Shown: positions 28,220 through 41,762 of the stretch, one piece after another | How positions within the stretch are numbered: position 1 is the stretch's first letter | Layout: each line of letters starts with the position of its first letter | NCBI GenBank assembly: GCA_013239625.1 | Contig: MU056134.1 | Location: forward strand, 3,174,477 to 3,238,476 | DNA length: 64,000 bases | Direction of reading: 5' to 3' | Source of the DNA: Lama guanicoe | Lineage: Eukaryota | Made by a program: the position numbers and the translations under genes | Notes under the pieces: generated by a model | The model's database searches: none | What the model was told of the DNA's origin: nothing | Seen by the model: the letters and a program-made list of their open reading frames with translations, nothing else

Positions 28220-28332
28220 TGGGGGGGGTAATTAGGTTTATTTATTATTATTTTTTTAATGGAGGTACTGGGGATTGAACCCAGGACCTTGTGCATGCTA
28301 AGCACACTCTACCACTGAGCTGTACTCTCCCC
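28220..28332 (-). mobile_element. Vic-1-type SINE
   Basis: ggaggtactggggattgaacccaggaccttgtgcatgctaagc...ctctaccactgagct. Confidence 0.85.
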
Positions 28333-28812
28333 TAGAAAAATTTTTATCTCAGGATCCCTTTATACTCTTGGAAATTACTGAGGGTCCCAAAGAGATTTTA
28401 TGTGAGTTATACCTATTGGTACATACCATACTGGAAATTAAAACTGAGAAACTTAAAAAAAATTAATCTATTAATCCATTTAAAAATAACAATAATATAT
28501 CTACTACACATCAATATAAATAACACATTTTTATGAAAAATAATTATATTTCCCCCAAATTTCTTGAGAAGAGCAACACCATTTCTGTGCCTTCATAAAT
28601 ATCTTTGGTGTCTGCTTTAACAGACACCAGGTAGATTCTCATATATGCTTCTGTATTGAATCCACTGATGTTGTTTTAGTTAAAAAATATGATGAAAACC
28701 TGGCTTCACATCAGATTTGTAGTTTAAAAAGAAAGAAATATTTCGATACCCTTTTCAGGTACTTGACAATCCTTTTTTAAACTACATCAAAACTTGAAAA
28801 GTGGTAGATTCT

Positions 28813-29296
28813 TTAAAAAATTTTTTTAAACTGAAGTATAGTTGATTTACAGTATTTTTTTGATTTACAATATTATATTAGTTTCAGGTATACAACATAG
28901 TGATTCAAAAGTTTTAGATTATACTCCATTTAAAGTTATTATAAAATATTGGCTACATTACCTGCACTGTATAATAAACCCTTGGAGCTTGTTTGTTTTG
29001 TAGATAGTAGTTTGTACCTCATAATCCGCTCCCCCATCCTGCCCCTCCCCCTTCCCTCTGCCCACTGTTAACCACTGTATCTGTGAGCCTGTTTCCGTTT
29101 TGTCATATTCATTTGCTTATTTTTTAGATTCCACATACAAGTGATAATATACAGTATTTGTCTTTTTCTGTCTGACTTATTTCGCTAAGCATAATACCCT
29201 CCAGGTCCATCAGTATTGTTGCAAATGGCAAAATTTCATTCTTTTTTATAGCTGAGTAGTATGCCATTGAGTGCGCGTGCGCATGCGTGCGTGTGT

Positions 29297-29333
<37 letters not shown>

Positions 29334-29490
29334 GATGGATACCTTAGGTTGCTTTCACACCTTGGCTATCATAAATAGTGCTGCTATGCACACTGAGGTA
29401 TATGTATTCAAATTAGTGTTTTCTTTTTCTTCAGGTATACACCCAGGAGTGGAACTGCTGGATCGTATGGTAGTTCTAAGTTTTTAGAGA
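28813..29490 (-). mobile_element. L1 3' end nested in Charlie1
   Basis: Reverse L1 3'UTR (gaagtatagttgatttaca, gtctgacttatttcgctaagcataat); TSD aaaagtggtagattct (28797-28812) / aaaagtggtcgattct (29491-29506). Confidence 0.85.
29270..29332. repeat. Compound (GC/GT)n-(TG)n microsatellite inside L1
   Basis: Seen directly. Confidence 0.9.
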
Positions 29491-30419
29491 AAAAGTGGTC
29501 GATTCTAAAAGATTGAGTACAATGCGGACTCTGAAATCTTATTAATGAACTTCTGATGCTATGCTACATTAAAATCCACTGGTCGGTTGTGCTTTGCCTG
29601 GGATGCAGAAAGTTGGAGTGTTGCTCTTACATTAACCATGAGGAAAAAATTAACAGGAAAATCACTTTTCTTGAACTCATCAGAGAGATGAAGGCAACCA
29701 AGTATCTTGAAATCCAAGAAGAGACGAGGACACCTGAGGATTGTCCCATGTGCAGCAGAGCCTCAGAGGAAGATGGGGATGTTATTCAAGTAGACAGGAA
29801 GGACTCAATGGTTTTTTTAAATTGCTAGGTGCCAAACGTGGGGCTGGTGCAACAGCAGAGAACCTCTGGGAACTGTGCACTTGACAGTTTGCATCCCTCT
29901 CAGGCTCCTTCCCAAGGCCTCTACTGGGTGCTTGTGAGAAAACCTGCAGACAGAGGGGGAGACCAGAAGGAGACTCCCTTAGTGACACAGATGTGGAGGC
30001 AGGGACTGACGGGCACTGCAGGAAAGGCATGAAGCCCTGATAACCCTCACCCTTGCTCGAACCCACCTCTCAAAGGCCTTAAACCTCTGAGTGAGGGGTA
30101 GTTCTGGCAAATTTTTGATGTGGGTCCTAAGGACAGGACAAGAGAACAGAGCCTTTCACCACCTCTGAAGCAACAATTCTGGACCACGGGCAAGCTGTGC
30201 TGCAATGCTCATTCACGGAGAACAGCACACTGGGGGACAGTAAGGAGGCTTCCAGGGCAAGGAAACTAACTTATAGGTGCTCTAAAGCAGGGCAGTAGGG
30301 ATGGAAAGGAGGGGAGCTGACGGAAAAGCCACAGGAAGCTGAGAAATGCCTGGATGCCTAAGATGAGGAACATGGATATTCCAATGGGTTACATCGTAAT
30401 CAGCAGCAGCGTTATTGCC

Positions 30420-30630
30420 ATTTAAGCTGTGCCTGACACTGTGCTCAATGTTCTTAAATAGTTAACTCTGATCCCCACCACCCTGAAGTAGGTATTTTCA
30501 TCTCCATGTCACAGATGAAGAAACTGAGGCTCAGAGAAGTTAAATAACTTGTCTCAGATCACACAGATTGAGAGTGGCATAAGCCAAAACTTAAATTCAA
30601 AGCTCAGGTGTTTTCATTTGACCAGGCTGC
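30420..30630 (-). mobile_element. MIR
   Basis: acagatgaagaaactgaggctcagagaagttaaataacttg. Confidence 0.7.
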
Positions 30631-31919
30631 CATCTAATGTTACATTAGGGACAGTGTCTAATTCCTCCAATCTTTAGAGAATACAAATAAAACGCTCAGT
30701 CCTGTACAGAGAGGAGAGAGAAGATAGCTGTTTGGATTCCTTACAGGTTGTCTAAAAATGAGACATCTTAGAGGACAAGTGGCAAAAGATTCCAAGATGC
30801 AGGAGACATGCCCAGAATCACTATAAAGGCTAATGTGCAATAAACAAGGTGAAATATGGTGACAAGACTGAACTCAGTCCCTACAGTGCTAAATAATGAA
30901 ACTTCTCTGTGATCCTGTGCCGTAACTATCATCAACAGCTCGAGAAGTAGGCAAAACTGAACATCCACCTGGATGCAACTTGCCAAATAAAGAAAGGCAA
31001 GCCAACCCTGACCTCTGTACCAGATGTAAGAAATCCAGGTTGAGGGATGGCGGAGTGCCCCAATCAAAACCAGGGACCCTGTTCCCCTGCAAGAGACTGA
31101 ACTACCACCCGAATGGAGCACCGCCCCAGAGTCTCAGGGCTTTCTGCACTTCCAGGTCATTCTCACACCTTAGCAATTTCTCAAGTTTTTGTGTTATCTG
31201 CAGACAGACTGAAAAATATAATTCAAAACTATTAAAAAGAAACCAAAAAATGCCTAACCTTTCTCAGACACTAATGGGAAAATCTGAGCCTAAAGGGTCA
31301 ATTGCTTTAGATTTAGTATGTTTCAGTAGGATGAAGCAAGTGACAGTTGCCTCCCCTCTACCCCAAACTATTTATGGTCCCTTTACTACTAACTGCCATT
31401 TACTGTCTTCCATCAAAAGGCTTCATATTCCTCCCAAAGAGAGGATGAGAGAAAGGCTATATCTGAAATGATGGAGGGGAAGAAGTTGAGCCATCCTGCC
31501 AGAGAGCGGACAACAGTAAATTCATGATCCCACATGATGAATGTCTGGGCTGTACTGTGAGGCCCACCGCCTACCTTGCTCAGGGCCCCAGAGAGCACAA
31601 TTACTTTTGCTCTAAGGCCTCAGTTAGATGATGTGCTGGTTTTGAGGGTGAAAAACAAGGAACGCTTTCTCCCTGGAAGGTAACCTGCTTTGCTGACTTA
31701 GTTAATAAATCTTTATCATGATGTCTCCATGTAAAGAGAAGGAGGCAAATATGATGAACCTCCCTTTCTGAGGGAAACGAAGACATGGAAAAATTAAGAA
31801 ACATAGCCCTGGAAAGATACTGAGGGCAGGAGAAAAATCCTTTGTCCCCTGAGCCTGGAGCCTGGTACTAAAATGAGGATAAGAAAGAGAAGAATGAACA
31901 GTCTAGAACAGAATGCCAC

Positions 31920-33230
31920 ATGGCTCTGAACCTGGCCTGGTCAACTTTTTCATCAGCAACATGAATGAAGACGTAGAAAGCAGCATGTCTGGCAGATCTG
32001 CTCATGATACATGAAGGTCATCAGGATCCCGAAGGGTCTCAGCAGCCTGGGACAACCCAGCAGTGCTGGCAAGGTGAATCCGGGGGAGACACATCAAGTC
32101 TGGCATTTGAGTTCAAAGACTCCCTTAAACAAACAGAAAAGGGAAGGGCTTAAAAGCAGTTTGGATGAAAAAATATTGCAGATATTGCGAACTGTTGGCT
32201 CACAAACATATTTTGTTTGGCCTTTGCAGTATTTGTGAAAGACACTAAGCCAACGTTTAAAAATTGGGAGAGTCTCATAAAAATCCGGATTTCCGGCTGC
32301 TCTTAAAAAACTGACAGCTCTGGCAATGCCATGTCTGCGTTCAGAAATGACAGCAGTTGCTTAGGAATGAGTCGCTGCTGTCCCCCTTAGACAGGGGTCC
32401 ACTCCCCCAATGGAGTCACACAGACCAGGCTGGACTGGCTACCTCCTTAGCTCTGTGGGCATCTGTCTGCAACTCTTGACCTGGGTGTTTCAGCTAACTG
32501 CTAGCTTAACAGAGGCCAACAGCTGCCAAAAACTTCACCCAATCCATGGTAAGGGGAGAACAGCGTCCAGATCAGTGGCCCTTAACTTCTGAAGAGTCGC
32601 AGACTTGTCAGAGAACATAAAAAAAAATCATGGCGTCTTCTCTCCAGACACACGTCTATCCGTACAAAAATTTACAATTAATTTCTGGCTGTTGACAGAC
32701 AGACTCCTGAACTCCCAGTTTCCAAGTTAGCAAGCCCTGTCCAGAACAAGGAGAGAAACTGTCCCACTGTGTGTTCACACAGCATGTCTACTTCTTGCCA
32801 GGAGGTGTGCTGGCAACCAGGATGATAAAGTGTCTGGAAATCGTATCATACAGCTGAAGAAACTAAGAATGGCTAGCCTAGGGAAAGGAGCACTGGGAAA
32901 GGAACAGAATACCCACTTTTAATTTTAGAAGCTACCACAAGGAAAAGGGGTTAGGCTTTACCTGCCCAGCTGGCAGAACTAAGATCTACGAGAAGTTACA
33001 ATGAGGTCTCTTTTACTATTTCAGTTCAGTGTAAGAAAGAAGTTTCTTATAATTAAAGCTGCACAAAACTAGAGCAGATGGTCCTGTGGCACAGCAGAGT
33101 AGTGAGTTCCCCCACTGCCACAAGCATCCAAGCAGAAGCAGGATAATGGATTGTCAGAGATGTCACAGAAATGCTTCCCGAACTGGGTGGCAGGCTGTTC
33201 CACAAGTATCTAAAGCTTCTTCCAAATCTA
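31920..33230 (+). mobile_element. CR1/L3 LINE fragments interrupted by a MER102-like hAT element (about 32190-32500)
   Basis: ggcctggtcaactttttcatcagcaacatgaatgaagac resembles CR1 RT GPVLFNIFINDLDE; CR1-type 3' motif gtagtgagttcccccact; aaaatccggatttccggctgctctt is MER102-like. Confidence 0.55.
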
Positions 33231-36181
33231 AGTTTTGGTGGGCAGAGCTGAAGATAGCACTAATAATTTCCATCCCCTTCCAAACCTTAGTCCAGCTCTG
33301 ATGTGGCAGTTACATCGGAGCCAAGCTCCACTCAAGAGACGGAAGGAAGCCCAGTAACTGATCCTCCCCGCGATTCTCGGTGGGCTCACCAGGATGTGGT
33401 CGAGGTGTGGCCACTCTTGGAATCTCACACGCCAACTTTTTCTTCTTCTAACCCACTCCTCTATTTACCTCTCTCTACCTGCCTTCAACAGTCCATTTTA
33501 ATTCTTGGGAGGCTAAGTTTCGTAGCGTATCAGTTCATGTACTTCCTGAATTGACTCATCTTCCCCACAAAGTTTCAAACATGTGGGCATTTAACTACAG
33601 CTTATGCCTGATGACTTCAACAGATAAAAATGGGGGAGAATTCTGTGCTGTATTAACTTCGTATGAGCTTCACAGTCTGGTTAGAAGAGGTCACAGACTG
33701 GACCACTTCAAGTCTGCCCGTGGAGGAGGTGGTCAACACTGAAGGCTCTCTGTAATGTGCAACAGAGCGCTAACCAGGGAGCTGGTATTCCAGGACTTTC
33801 AAGAAACGAAAGAAACTGCTTCACTGTGTCTTCAATTTCTAAATCACTCCCTGCCCACAAATAATTTTCGAGTCAGAAACACTGCTTCCCCAAAAGAACT
33901 TTGCTGTTACAGACATCCTTTAAGACACCATGAATGTGAAACACTTTCCCCTTCTTTACACAGATTACACAGCATATCTGTTCTGGCTGCACATAATCAA
34001 GATGAAAATGTCTAAAAGGAAAATTTCCTTTTGTCCACATTACTGCTCTCCTCCTGAGTGTTTCCTCCTCACCAGCTTCGGAAACAAGTTCTGAAAGCAA
34101 ACTTTCCCTCCATTCCAGGGAAGAGGGGAACCTGGGGCCTCTTGACCTATAAAACTCACTATTTTGGAACATCCATCATTCTCCCAAGCCTGTGCCAGTC
34201 AAATAGAGTCTCTCTTCAGCAAGACGCTGGCCAGCTGGGGCCGGACAGCAAGGCTTCCACCCCTAGGAGCCGACACAGATAGGGCTCAAAAGCTCCCTGG
34301 AAAAAAAAGGCTCTACTTCAGCTTGCATTACAAACTGTTGGAAAAGACAGATGGAGGGGATGACAGGAAAAGCAATTACTTCTTCTGGGCTTCCTTTCTG
34401 TCTGGATTCTAAGGAGACGAATACAAAATTCCATCACAGATTGAAATGCTATCTAAACATTCTTGAAAATGTGGTCTTGCTCTCTGAAATATGACCTGCT
34501 TTGCTGCAGCAACCTGTAACTTATTAATATGGGAAGGTGGAGAGGGCGGACATTCCTGCAGGCTGTCTAATTCTGGGCCTGACTCCCCAGTATTGCTCGT
34601 TTGTGACCAGAGCTTAGAACATAAATAACTAAAAGATATATTATCTACAGAGCATGACCCAACAGAAAGTCCTGATGAAGCATTCACTTCATTTTCCCAT
34701 TCTTGGATTTTTAAATACCTGGGACACTCTGAAGTGTTTCCAGGTTTCTAGTGAGTCGTTCTAAATATAGGCAGAAACACACTCAACAGTAGTGTTATTA
34801 TTTCAAATGGTAGTTAAGTTGGGACTAGTCATACACAAATCAAGCTTTAAACAACTTTAAAGGGACACACACATTGGTCAAAATGATGTTTTATGGTAAA
34901 GGGCTTTTAGTTATTTATAATTAATAAATAATCTCCCACAGACCAAATATTCAATATGCCTGAATAAAATGTTATTGCAGGTGGACTGTGTGTTCTGAGA
35001 TATGCCAAGATGACGAAGATACAGTTTTTGCCTCAAGGAGCTCACACACTACTCAATGGGATAAGATGCGTACACTGGGGAGTCAAAAGAGATCACGGAA
35101 GCCAAGTGAAAAGCACGCGCACAGGGCAGTGGGAGTTTGTGGGCAGAAAGACTGTATATCTAACTGATGGATGCTGGGAGCAATTTTCTCATCTGTAAAA
35201 TGAGAGGAGTGGACCAGATGAGTTCCAAGTCCCTTCTGGTTCTAAAATTCTCATTCCTTTAGTGTATCTAGTTGAGCTGAGTACAAAAATTCACAGAAGT
35301 AGTATTTGAGCTGAGCAAGATTTTGAAATGAAGAAAAAGAGGAGAGTGAGCATTTTAGGCAGAAAGAAGAACATAAGCACAGGTCCAGAATGCTGGCGGA
35401 GCACCGGGCTCTTGGGGTGGCAGGATCACAGCAGGGGGCAGAACCAGAAAGGGAGACTCAGGCCTTGACTGTCATGCAAAGGGACTCGGATTTAAGCTGG
35501 CAGACAGAGGCCACTGGGGTTTCTGAAGAGGTAGACAACATGACCAGACAGAGTAGGAAAGTGAAAGAGCAACATGAGGCTGGAGTGCTGGCAGACTACC
35601 CTGTTACCCTATCATGTCTAAGGGCCCCAAGTACATGGGCTTCACCTGCCAGAGAAACGATGCTTCATGGGAGAAACCTAAACAGACAAAGCAATAAGGA
35701 CTAAGAACCAGGCAAGGATCAGGAAATGGGAACCATTTTAGGAAACTAATATGTCTCTACACAAACACTGATGATGACAACAAGGAGGAAGGCAGACAAC
35801 TTACAAACACGCCAATGGAAGATAATGAGTAGGAGGAAAAAGAAAGTCATAAAAGGTAGGAAAAACAGAGAGATGGATAAAACTGAAAATGTAAGAGAAA
35901 AAGAGACTCATAACAGCTGGGAGCTACTAGAGGAAGTAGCAGTAGGAGTGATCAGAGGATTACACGCTGTACTCTCCAAATCTGGGCAGCATAATGAATG
36001 TTTTAAGAAATTCGCTGTACTAAAAAATGTCAAAGAAGACAAAACAACCGAATTGAAAGGCGCACATCTGACCTAACTGAATCAGCATTGAGCGCAGTGA
36101 ACTGGACACTGTCTAAGAAGACGACTAGACCAGGCACACTCAGTATTTCTGTTAAGATGGTAACTTCTGAAATACAATGCT

Positions 36182-36290
36182 TTTTATTAAGATTTATTTA
36201 ATTATTTACTTTTAACAGGGGGACTGGGGATTGAGCCCAGGACTGGTGCATGATAACCATGTGCTCCACCACTGAGCTATGCCCTCCCCC
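36182..36290 (-). mobile_element. Vic-1-type SINE
   Basis: TSD ctgaaatacaatgct (36167-36181) / ctgaaacacaatgct (36290-36304). Confidence 0.85.
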
Positions 36291-36580
36291 TGAAACACAA
36301 TGCTGAAACAGAAGACTAGAATCCAAATGAAAAGGAACATGGTAAACAGATAACATCCAGCCCCTCAATTACTGGAGAATACCTCTTCCCCATATACTTC
36401 TCCCTTCATTCCCTTCCAACAGCCCTTCTTAGCCAGACCCAAAATGAACTAAAAAACTTTGGAATCAATCTACAGTTACCTGCTTGGTGACAAAACTAGG
36501 TATGAAGAATTATAGCTGTATTGAGCTACTATTATCTTTTTGGGGGGCAATATATCAACTTCATTTCCATCTTGCTTTTT

Positions 36581-36763
36581 TTATTTTTTATTTTTTTTTT
36601 TAGTATTTTATTTATTATTGTATTATTGAATTATTTTTCATTTTGCAGGGGCAGAGGGGAGGTAACTAGGTTTGTTTGTTTTTGGAGGAGGTACTGGGGA
36701 TGGAATCTAGGGCCTTATGCATGCTAAGCATACACTCTACCCCTTGAGCTATACCCTCCCCCA
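36581..36763 (-). mobile_element. Vic-1-type SINE
   Basis: TSD ccatcttgcttttt at 36567-36580 and 36764-36777. Confidence 0.85.
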
Positions 36764-36784
36764 CCATCTTGCTTTTTAAAAAAA

Positions 36785-37745
36785 AATGTTAAGGTAAAAT
36801 GCACACAACATAAAATTTACCACCTTAGCCATTTTTTATTGTACAGTTTCACTGACACCATTGTGCAACCATCACCACCATCTACCCCCTTATTAATTTT
36901 TCTTACCTTGTAAAACTGAATCAGTATACCTTCCAACAGTAACCCATTCTCCCTCAGCCCCTGGCCAACTACCGTCATACTTTGTCTTTATGATTTTCAC
37001 TACTCTAAGTATCTCGTATAAGTGGAATCATCTGGTATTTGGGTTTTTTNNNNNNNNNNNNNNNNNNNNNNNNNNNNNNNNNNNNNNNNNNNNNNNNNNN
37101 NNNNNNNNNNNNNNNNNNNNNNNNNNNNNNNNNNNNNNNNNNNNNNNNNNNNNNNNNNNNNNNNNNNNNNNNNNNNNNNNNNNNNNNNNNNNNNNNNNNN
37201 NNNNGGTCGCCTCCATGTTTTGGCTATTGTGAATAGTGCTGCTATGAACATGGGGGTGCAGATAACACTTCAAGACCCTGCTTTCAATTCTCTTGGGTAC
37301 AGTCCCAGAAGCAGAATTGCTGGATTTCATGCTCATTCTGTTTTTCAATTTTTTGAGGAACCACTACACTGTTTTACACAGCAACCGTGCTGTTTTACAT
37401 TCCCACCAACAGTGCACAAGCGTTTCCATTTCTTTATGCTTGTTTGTTTTTTAACAGCAGTCATCCTAATGGGTGTGAGGTGGTTTTTGATTTGCACTTT
37501 CCTAATGATCAGTGATACTGAACATCTTTTCATGCGTTTATTGGCCATTCATATATATCTTCTTTGGAGAAATGTCTATGTAAGTCCTTTGCTCACTTTT
37601 TTAACCAGGTTGTTTGCCTTTTTGTTGTTGAATTTTAGGCGTTCTTCATATTTTCTGCATATTAAACCCTTACCAGATATACGATCTGCAAATTTTTCTC
37701 CTATTCTGTTGCCATTTTACTGTTGATTGTGTCTTTAGATACACA
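36785..37745 (-). mobile_element. L1 (L1MA/MB-like) 3'UTR and ORF2 C-terminus, spanning an assembly gap
   Basis: Minus-strand translations MFIAALFTIAKTW and MANKRMKRCSVSLIIRKVQIK are L1 ORF2 C-terminal motifs. Confidence 0.9.
37050..37204. other. Assembly gap (155 N)
   Basis: Run of N. Confidence 1.
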
Positions 37746-38137
37746 GGTTACAGCTGTCTTTGCAGCAACAAAAATACTACTGAAATCCCAACAATTTAGC
37801 TGATAAATGAAAGCAGCGAACTGGTTTAGCAAGAGTTACACAAAATAAAGGAGGGCACAGAGACGTCTGACGCTAAGAAGAAAGACAAGGAAACTTCGGT
37901 TTTCTCATTTCTGTGTGCACTTCACCCTGGCCCTGGGTGAGCTATGTTACAATACATGTTTCTGCTCCCAGGGACGCTGGGTGACAGTTCATGGCTGGTG
38001 TGGGTGGCCCATCCTGCTACCAGTGAGATAAGTCATGCCAGTTTTCTGCTGTGTATGGGGCAGATCAGTATGAAAGTGCTCTGTAAGCAGGCAGATGAAC
38101 ATTTTGGCCCCTTGGTTGTGGGACCCTGAAGAAATCA

Positions 38138-38266
<129 letters not shown>

Positions 38267-40001
38267 TCATTAAAATAATCTCGATCCTAGGTTGGCTAAA
38301 AGAAAAAAAGTTAGTAACTTATCCACCAATTTCTGCAGATTGCAGCTACTTGCTCAGAAAAATATCAAACCAGTTTGAATGACAGAAGAAAGACTGAGAC
38401 CCTGGACCCCAGCGAGGAGGCAGCAACAGTGGTACAGGAAGCCAAGCCCAGCACAGGCTAATGAGTCACCTTTTTTTTTTTTTAAAGGCTATTTTCACTT
38501 AATGGTCAGAGCTGTTCAAAAGGGCCAATATAACTTTTAGTATTTTTCATGGAGCAAACCAGAAATGACAAAGTTGCTGAAACTTTATGGGAACAAGCCA
38601 GAGAATTAAAATTATCTCACACAAAATCCTTCCTCAGTAACTTCCTCAGGAACCTTAAAAGGGATGAGGAGCCAGGTGACACATGAAATTGGTGCTTCAC
38701 CTCCTGATGGTGCAATCTGTGTAGGAGACAGATCTGTGGCCTCCGATTCCTTTCTCCTGCAGCTTAACAGGGATCATTTAATGGCATCTCAACCAGAGAA
38801 ACTCACATGACTCAATTTTTTTGTGTGTGTATATCTATATAATTGCCTTTGTTAATACCACTTTCATTCTTTTCAAAAGATAACTTTACAGTCAGCACAA
38901 AGGTAGGACTTTATATGCATCCTAGTTAATCCTCTGAAATGAAATGAAAATTTCATTTTTCATTTGAAGAATTCATTAAAGGTATGGTGGGAGAAAGCTG
39001 AAAATAACTGGCTCGCAACTGACTTATAGATCATCAGGGAATTTTCATTCTCTGTGCAAAGTCCACCAAAACAACAAACAGGTGTCTTTGCACTTCTTAA
39101 GGCATCCAACTGAACAAAATATTAATGGCAGAGATCTTCACCTAGAAACTCAAAGGTTTTCAGGGAGAAAAAAGAAATCATCTCCTGAATTCAAACTGAA
39201 GGCTTCTGTTCATCAAAAAAAAAATATATATATATATATACACACACACAAATAAATATAAATATATATACATATACTGTATATGTTTATTTGCAAGCAA
39301 TATAATGTGTATGTGCAGTCGAACTGTAATAATTCTACCTAATAAAACTAAAAAAGGAAAAAAAACCTAAAAAAACTATATTTAAAGAAATGGTATCAAC
39401 CATTATAATAATAATTACAATGAATAAACTTTGACTATGTATCCACCACGTGTCAAAACTGGGAATTTAGACATGGATAAACCAGAATGAGGCTATTTGG
39501 CAGGAAAGACATTTGATGCCATCCTAGACATCCTAAATTAATCACCATGTTTAATTCTGAGACACCACTCATGCCAACCAGCAGATCTGATCACACTGTT
39601 AGCTGATATGTGGCCAAGGAATACACATATAAGCCCATCTTCCTATCTAAGCATTGGGAATACCACCCCCCTCCAAAAAGAAAGTAACTCTGCTAGGGAA
39701 ATGAAGCCATTAAAAATACAGCAGAAATAATTTTGCTTCCCTCCATAATCAACTGTTTTGAATAGTCTGTTACAGATTCCTTCCTTCTTTTATAGATAAT
39801 TGAAGATTGATCAAAGAATCGAGTTCTTTACCACAAAGCTCAGGAAACCCAGGTAAAAGAACTATTTTATTTAAAAAAAAGTTCCATCTCTGGCAAACTT
39901 GAGATTCCAGTGTTCTCATAGATGTGTGATCCAGAATGTGATTAACTAAACGATGAGCATATTTTCATTAATTATTAATAATCACATGGTGCTATACTTA
40001 C

Positions 40002-40051
40002 CCTATTTTCAGTCTAATTTTGTTCACAACTTCATCGATGTTTGCCAGAGA
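40002..40051 (-). CDS. VPS53: VPS53 exon 3 (SLANIDEVVNKIRLKI + GG)
   Basis: 50 nt, phase 0-2; acceptor ttattgtag|T, donor AGG|GTAAGT. Confidence 0.96.
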
Positions 40052-40203
40052 CTACAATAAAGAAGAAAAAGAGTCAGTTATTATTTCACTTCTTGGAATT
40101 CCTCTTCCACAGGGGAATGATCAGCTGTAACAACTATTCATGATATCTCAAAAAAATTATTCATACAGTGTGATACAACTTTTACTTTAAAAAAAAAGTA
40201 TAG

Positions 40204-40413
40204 CAGTAGTGGGCAACTACTGCAAAATCCAGCTGGAAATCTATTTTTTGTAAATAAAGTTTTATTGGAAAACAGCCATACTCATTCATTTACATATTAT
40301 CTACAATACCTTTGAGCTACAGAGACAGAGTTGAGTAGTTTCAACAGAGACTGAATAACCCACAAAGCCTAAAATTAGTATCTGGCCCTTTACAGGAAAT
40401 TTGCTGACTCCTA
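40204..40413. mobile_element. MER58A-like MITE
   Basis: ttttgtaaataaagttttattggaaaacagccatactcattcatttaca ... tttgctgactcct. Confidence 0.75.
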
Positions 40414-40419
40414 GTATAT

Positions 40420-40800
40420 AGGATTGTGACAAATTCATATGACAAAATACTCAGAGACAAAAATGAATAAATGATTACAAGACACAACAAAATGGATCCA
40501 TCTTACTAATGTTGAACACATACGCAAACCAGACACGAGCGTATACTGCACGACAGCATTTATACAGTTCAAAAGTGAGTGAAACTATTCTCGTGTTAGA
40601 AGGCAGGGTAAGGGTTAACTTTGAGGGTGGGTAGTGACTATGAGGGGCAAGAAGGGGCTATGAGAAGAGGTTTTTTGAATGTTTTATTTCTTGGTCTGGG
40701 TGGTGGTGACACAGCTGCATTCATTCAGTGAAAATTCATCAAGTTATACACGTAAGATCTGTGTACTCTTCTACATTATGTTAAACATCAATAAACAAAT
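40420..40800 (+). mobile_element. Old L1 (L1ME-like) 3' end
   Basis: aatgttttatttcttggtctgggtggtggtgacac ... gtgaaaattcatcaag. Confidence 0.65.
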
Positions 40801-41309
40801 AAATCTTTTTTTTAAGTGTCCAGATCCATTAGAAAAAAGTTTGAAAGGATACAACACTAGCAGCTGGAGTCTAGACCAGCAGCTGGCACCTATGAAATCA
40901 GCAGCAGTAGTTGTAATCTATGAAAAGGAGAGATTTTAAGTTTTTCTTTTTTGTCTATGAGAATTTTCTAATTGCTTTATATTGACAATGCATTGCAATT
41001 ATGATAAAGTTATTTCCATTTTTAAGACAACAGTAAAAAGTCTATTAACCAATTTAGAGAGCAGAAAAGTGAGGAAAGGGTGCCCCCTACTGGAATAGAG
41101 ATGGTACAATTTTATAGCACCATTTTAACTAAAGTTTTCAAAATACAATTTTGTAAGTCCTCTTTCCCTCTCCCTCAATAGATCTTTTATCTCAGAAAGA
41201 ATTGGGGGTGATGCAGGGATTGTGCTTATAAATTGTTACTGGCAACTTTTGCTGGCAGAAGAGGCCAGGAGCCTGCCAGGAGCAGGTCTGGTAAGAGAAC
41301 CAGGTCACA

Positions 41310-41762
41310 TAAAACAAGAGGAAATCTTGCCATTTGCGACAACATGGATGAAACTTGAGGGTATTGTGCTAAGTGAAATAAGCCAGAAGGAGAAACATAA
41401 ATACCATATGATTTCAGTCATATGTAAAACATAAAAAAATAAACAAACAAAAAGCCAAAATAAATGAACAAGCCAAACAAAAATACATACATAGATACAG
41501 AGAACAGAGTTGTAGTTACCAGAGGGAGCAGGAGGGGGACGAAATAAGTAAAGGGGATGAACTATATAGAGAAACTAAATGTGGTGGTGAGCATGCAAAG
41601 GACACAGAGAAGCAGGAAAAATAATGTTGCACACATGAAACTCACATGTTTTAAACCAACATTACATCAATAAACGAAATAAAAATTTAAAAAGTAATGA
41701 ACTAAAACAACTATCTTAATATTATAGACTAAAATGTTTTCTTTGGGGGGAAAAAAATTAAG
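41310..41762 (+). mobile_element. L1 3' end with 16-bp TSD and extra 3' segment
   Basis: Encodes EILPFATTWMKLEGIVLSEISQKEK (ORF2 end); TSD agagaaccaggtcaca at 41294-41309 and 41763-41778. Confidence 0.9.

Larger units (their letters stand above)
28345..29600. mobile_element. Charlie1-like hAT DNA transposon fragment, split by an L1
   Basis: tctcaggatccctttatactcttggaaattactgagggtcccaaagag resembles the recalled Charlie1 subterminal sequence; sequence resumes after 29490. Confidence 0.7.

Noticed and set aside
30980-31471. 163-aa plus-strand ORF
   Set aside because: Non-ATG start, no recognisable domain, antisense intronic position; compatible with chance.
37022-37726. 234-aa ORF
   Set aside because: Artefact of an N gap plus antisense L1 sequence.
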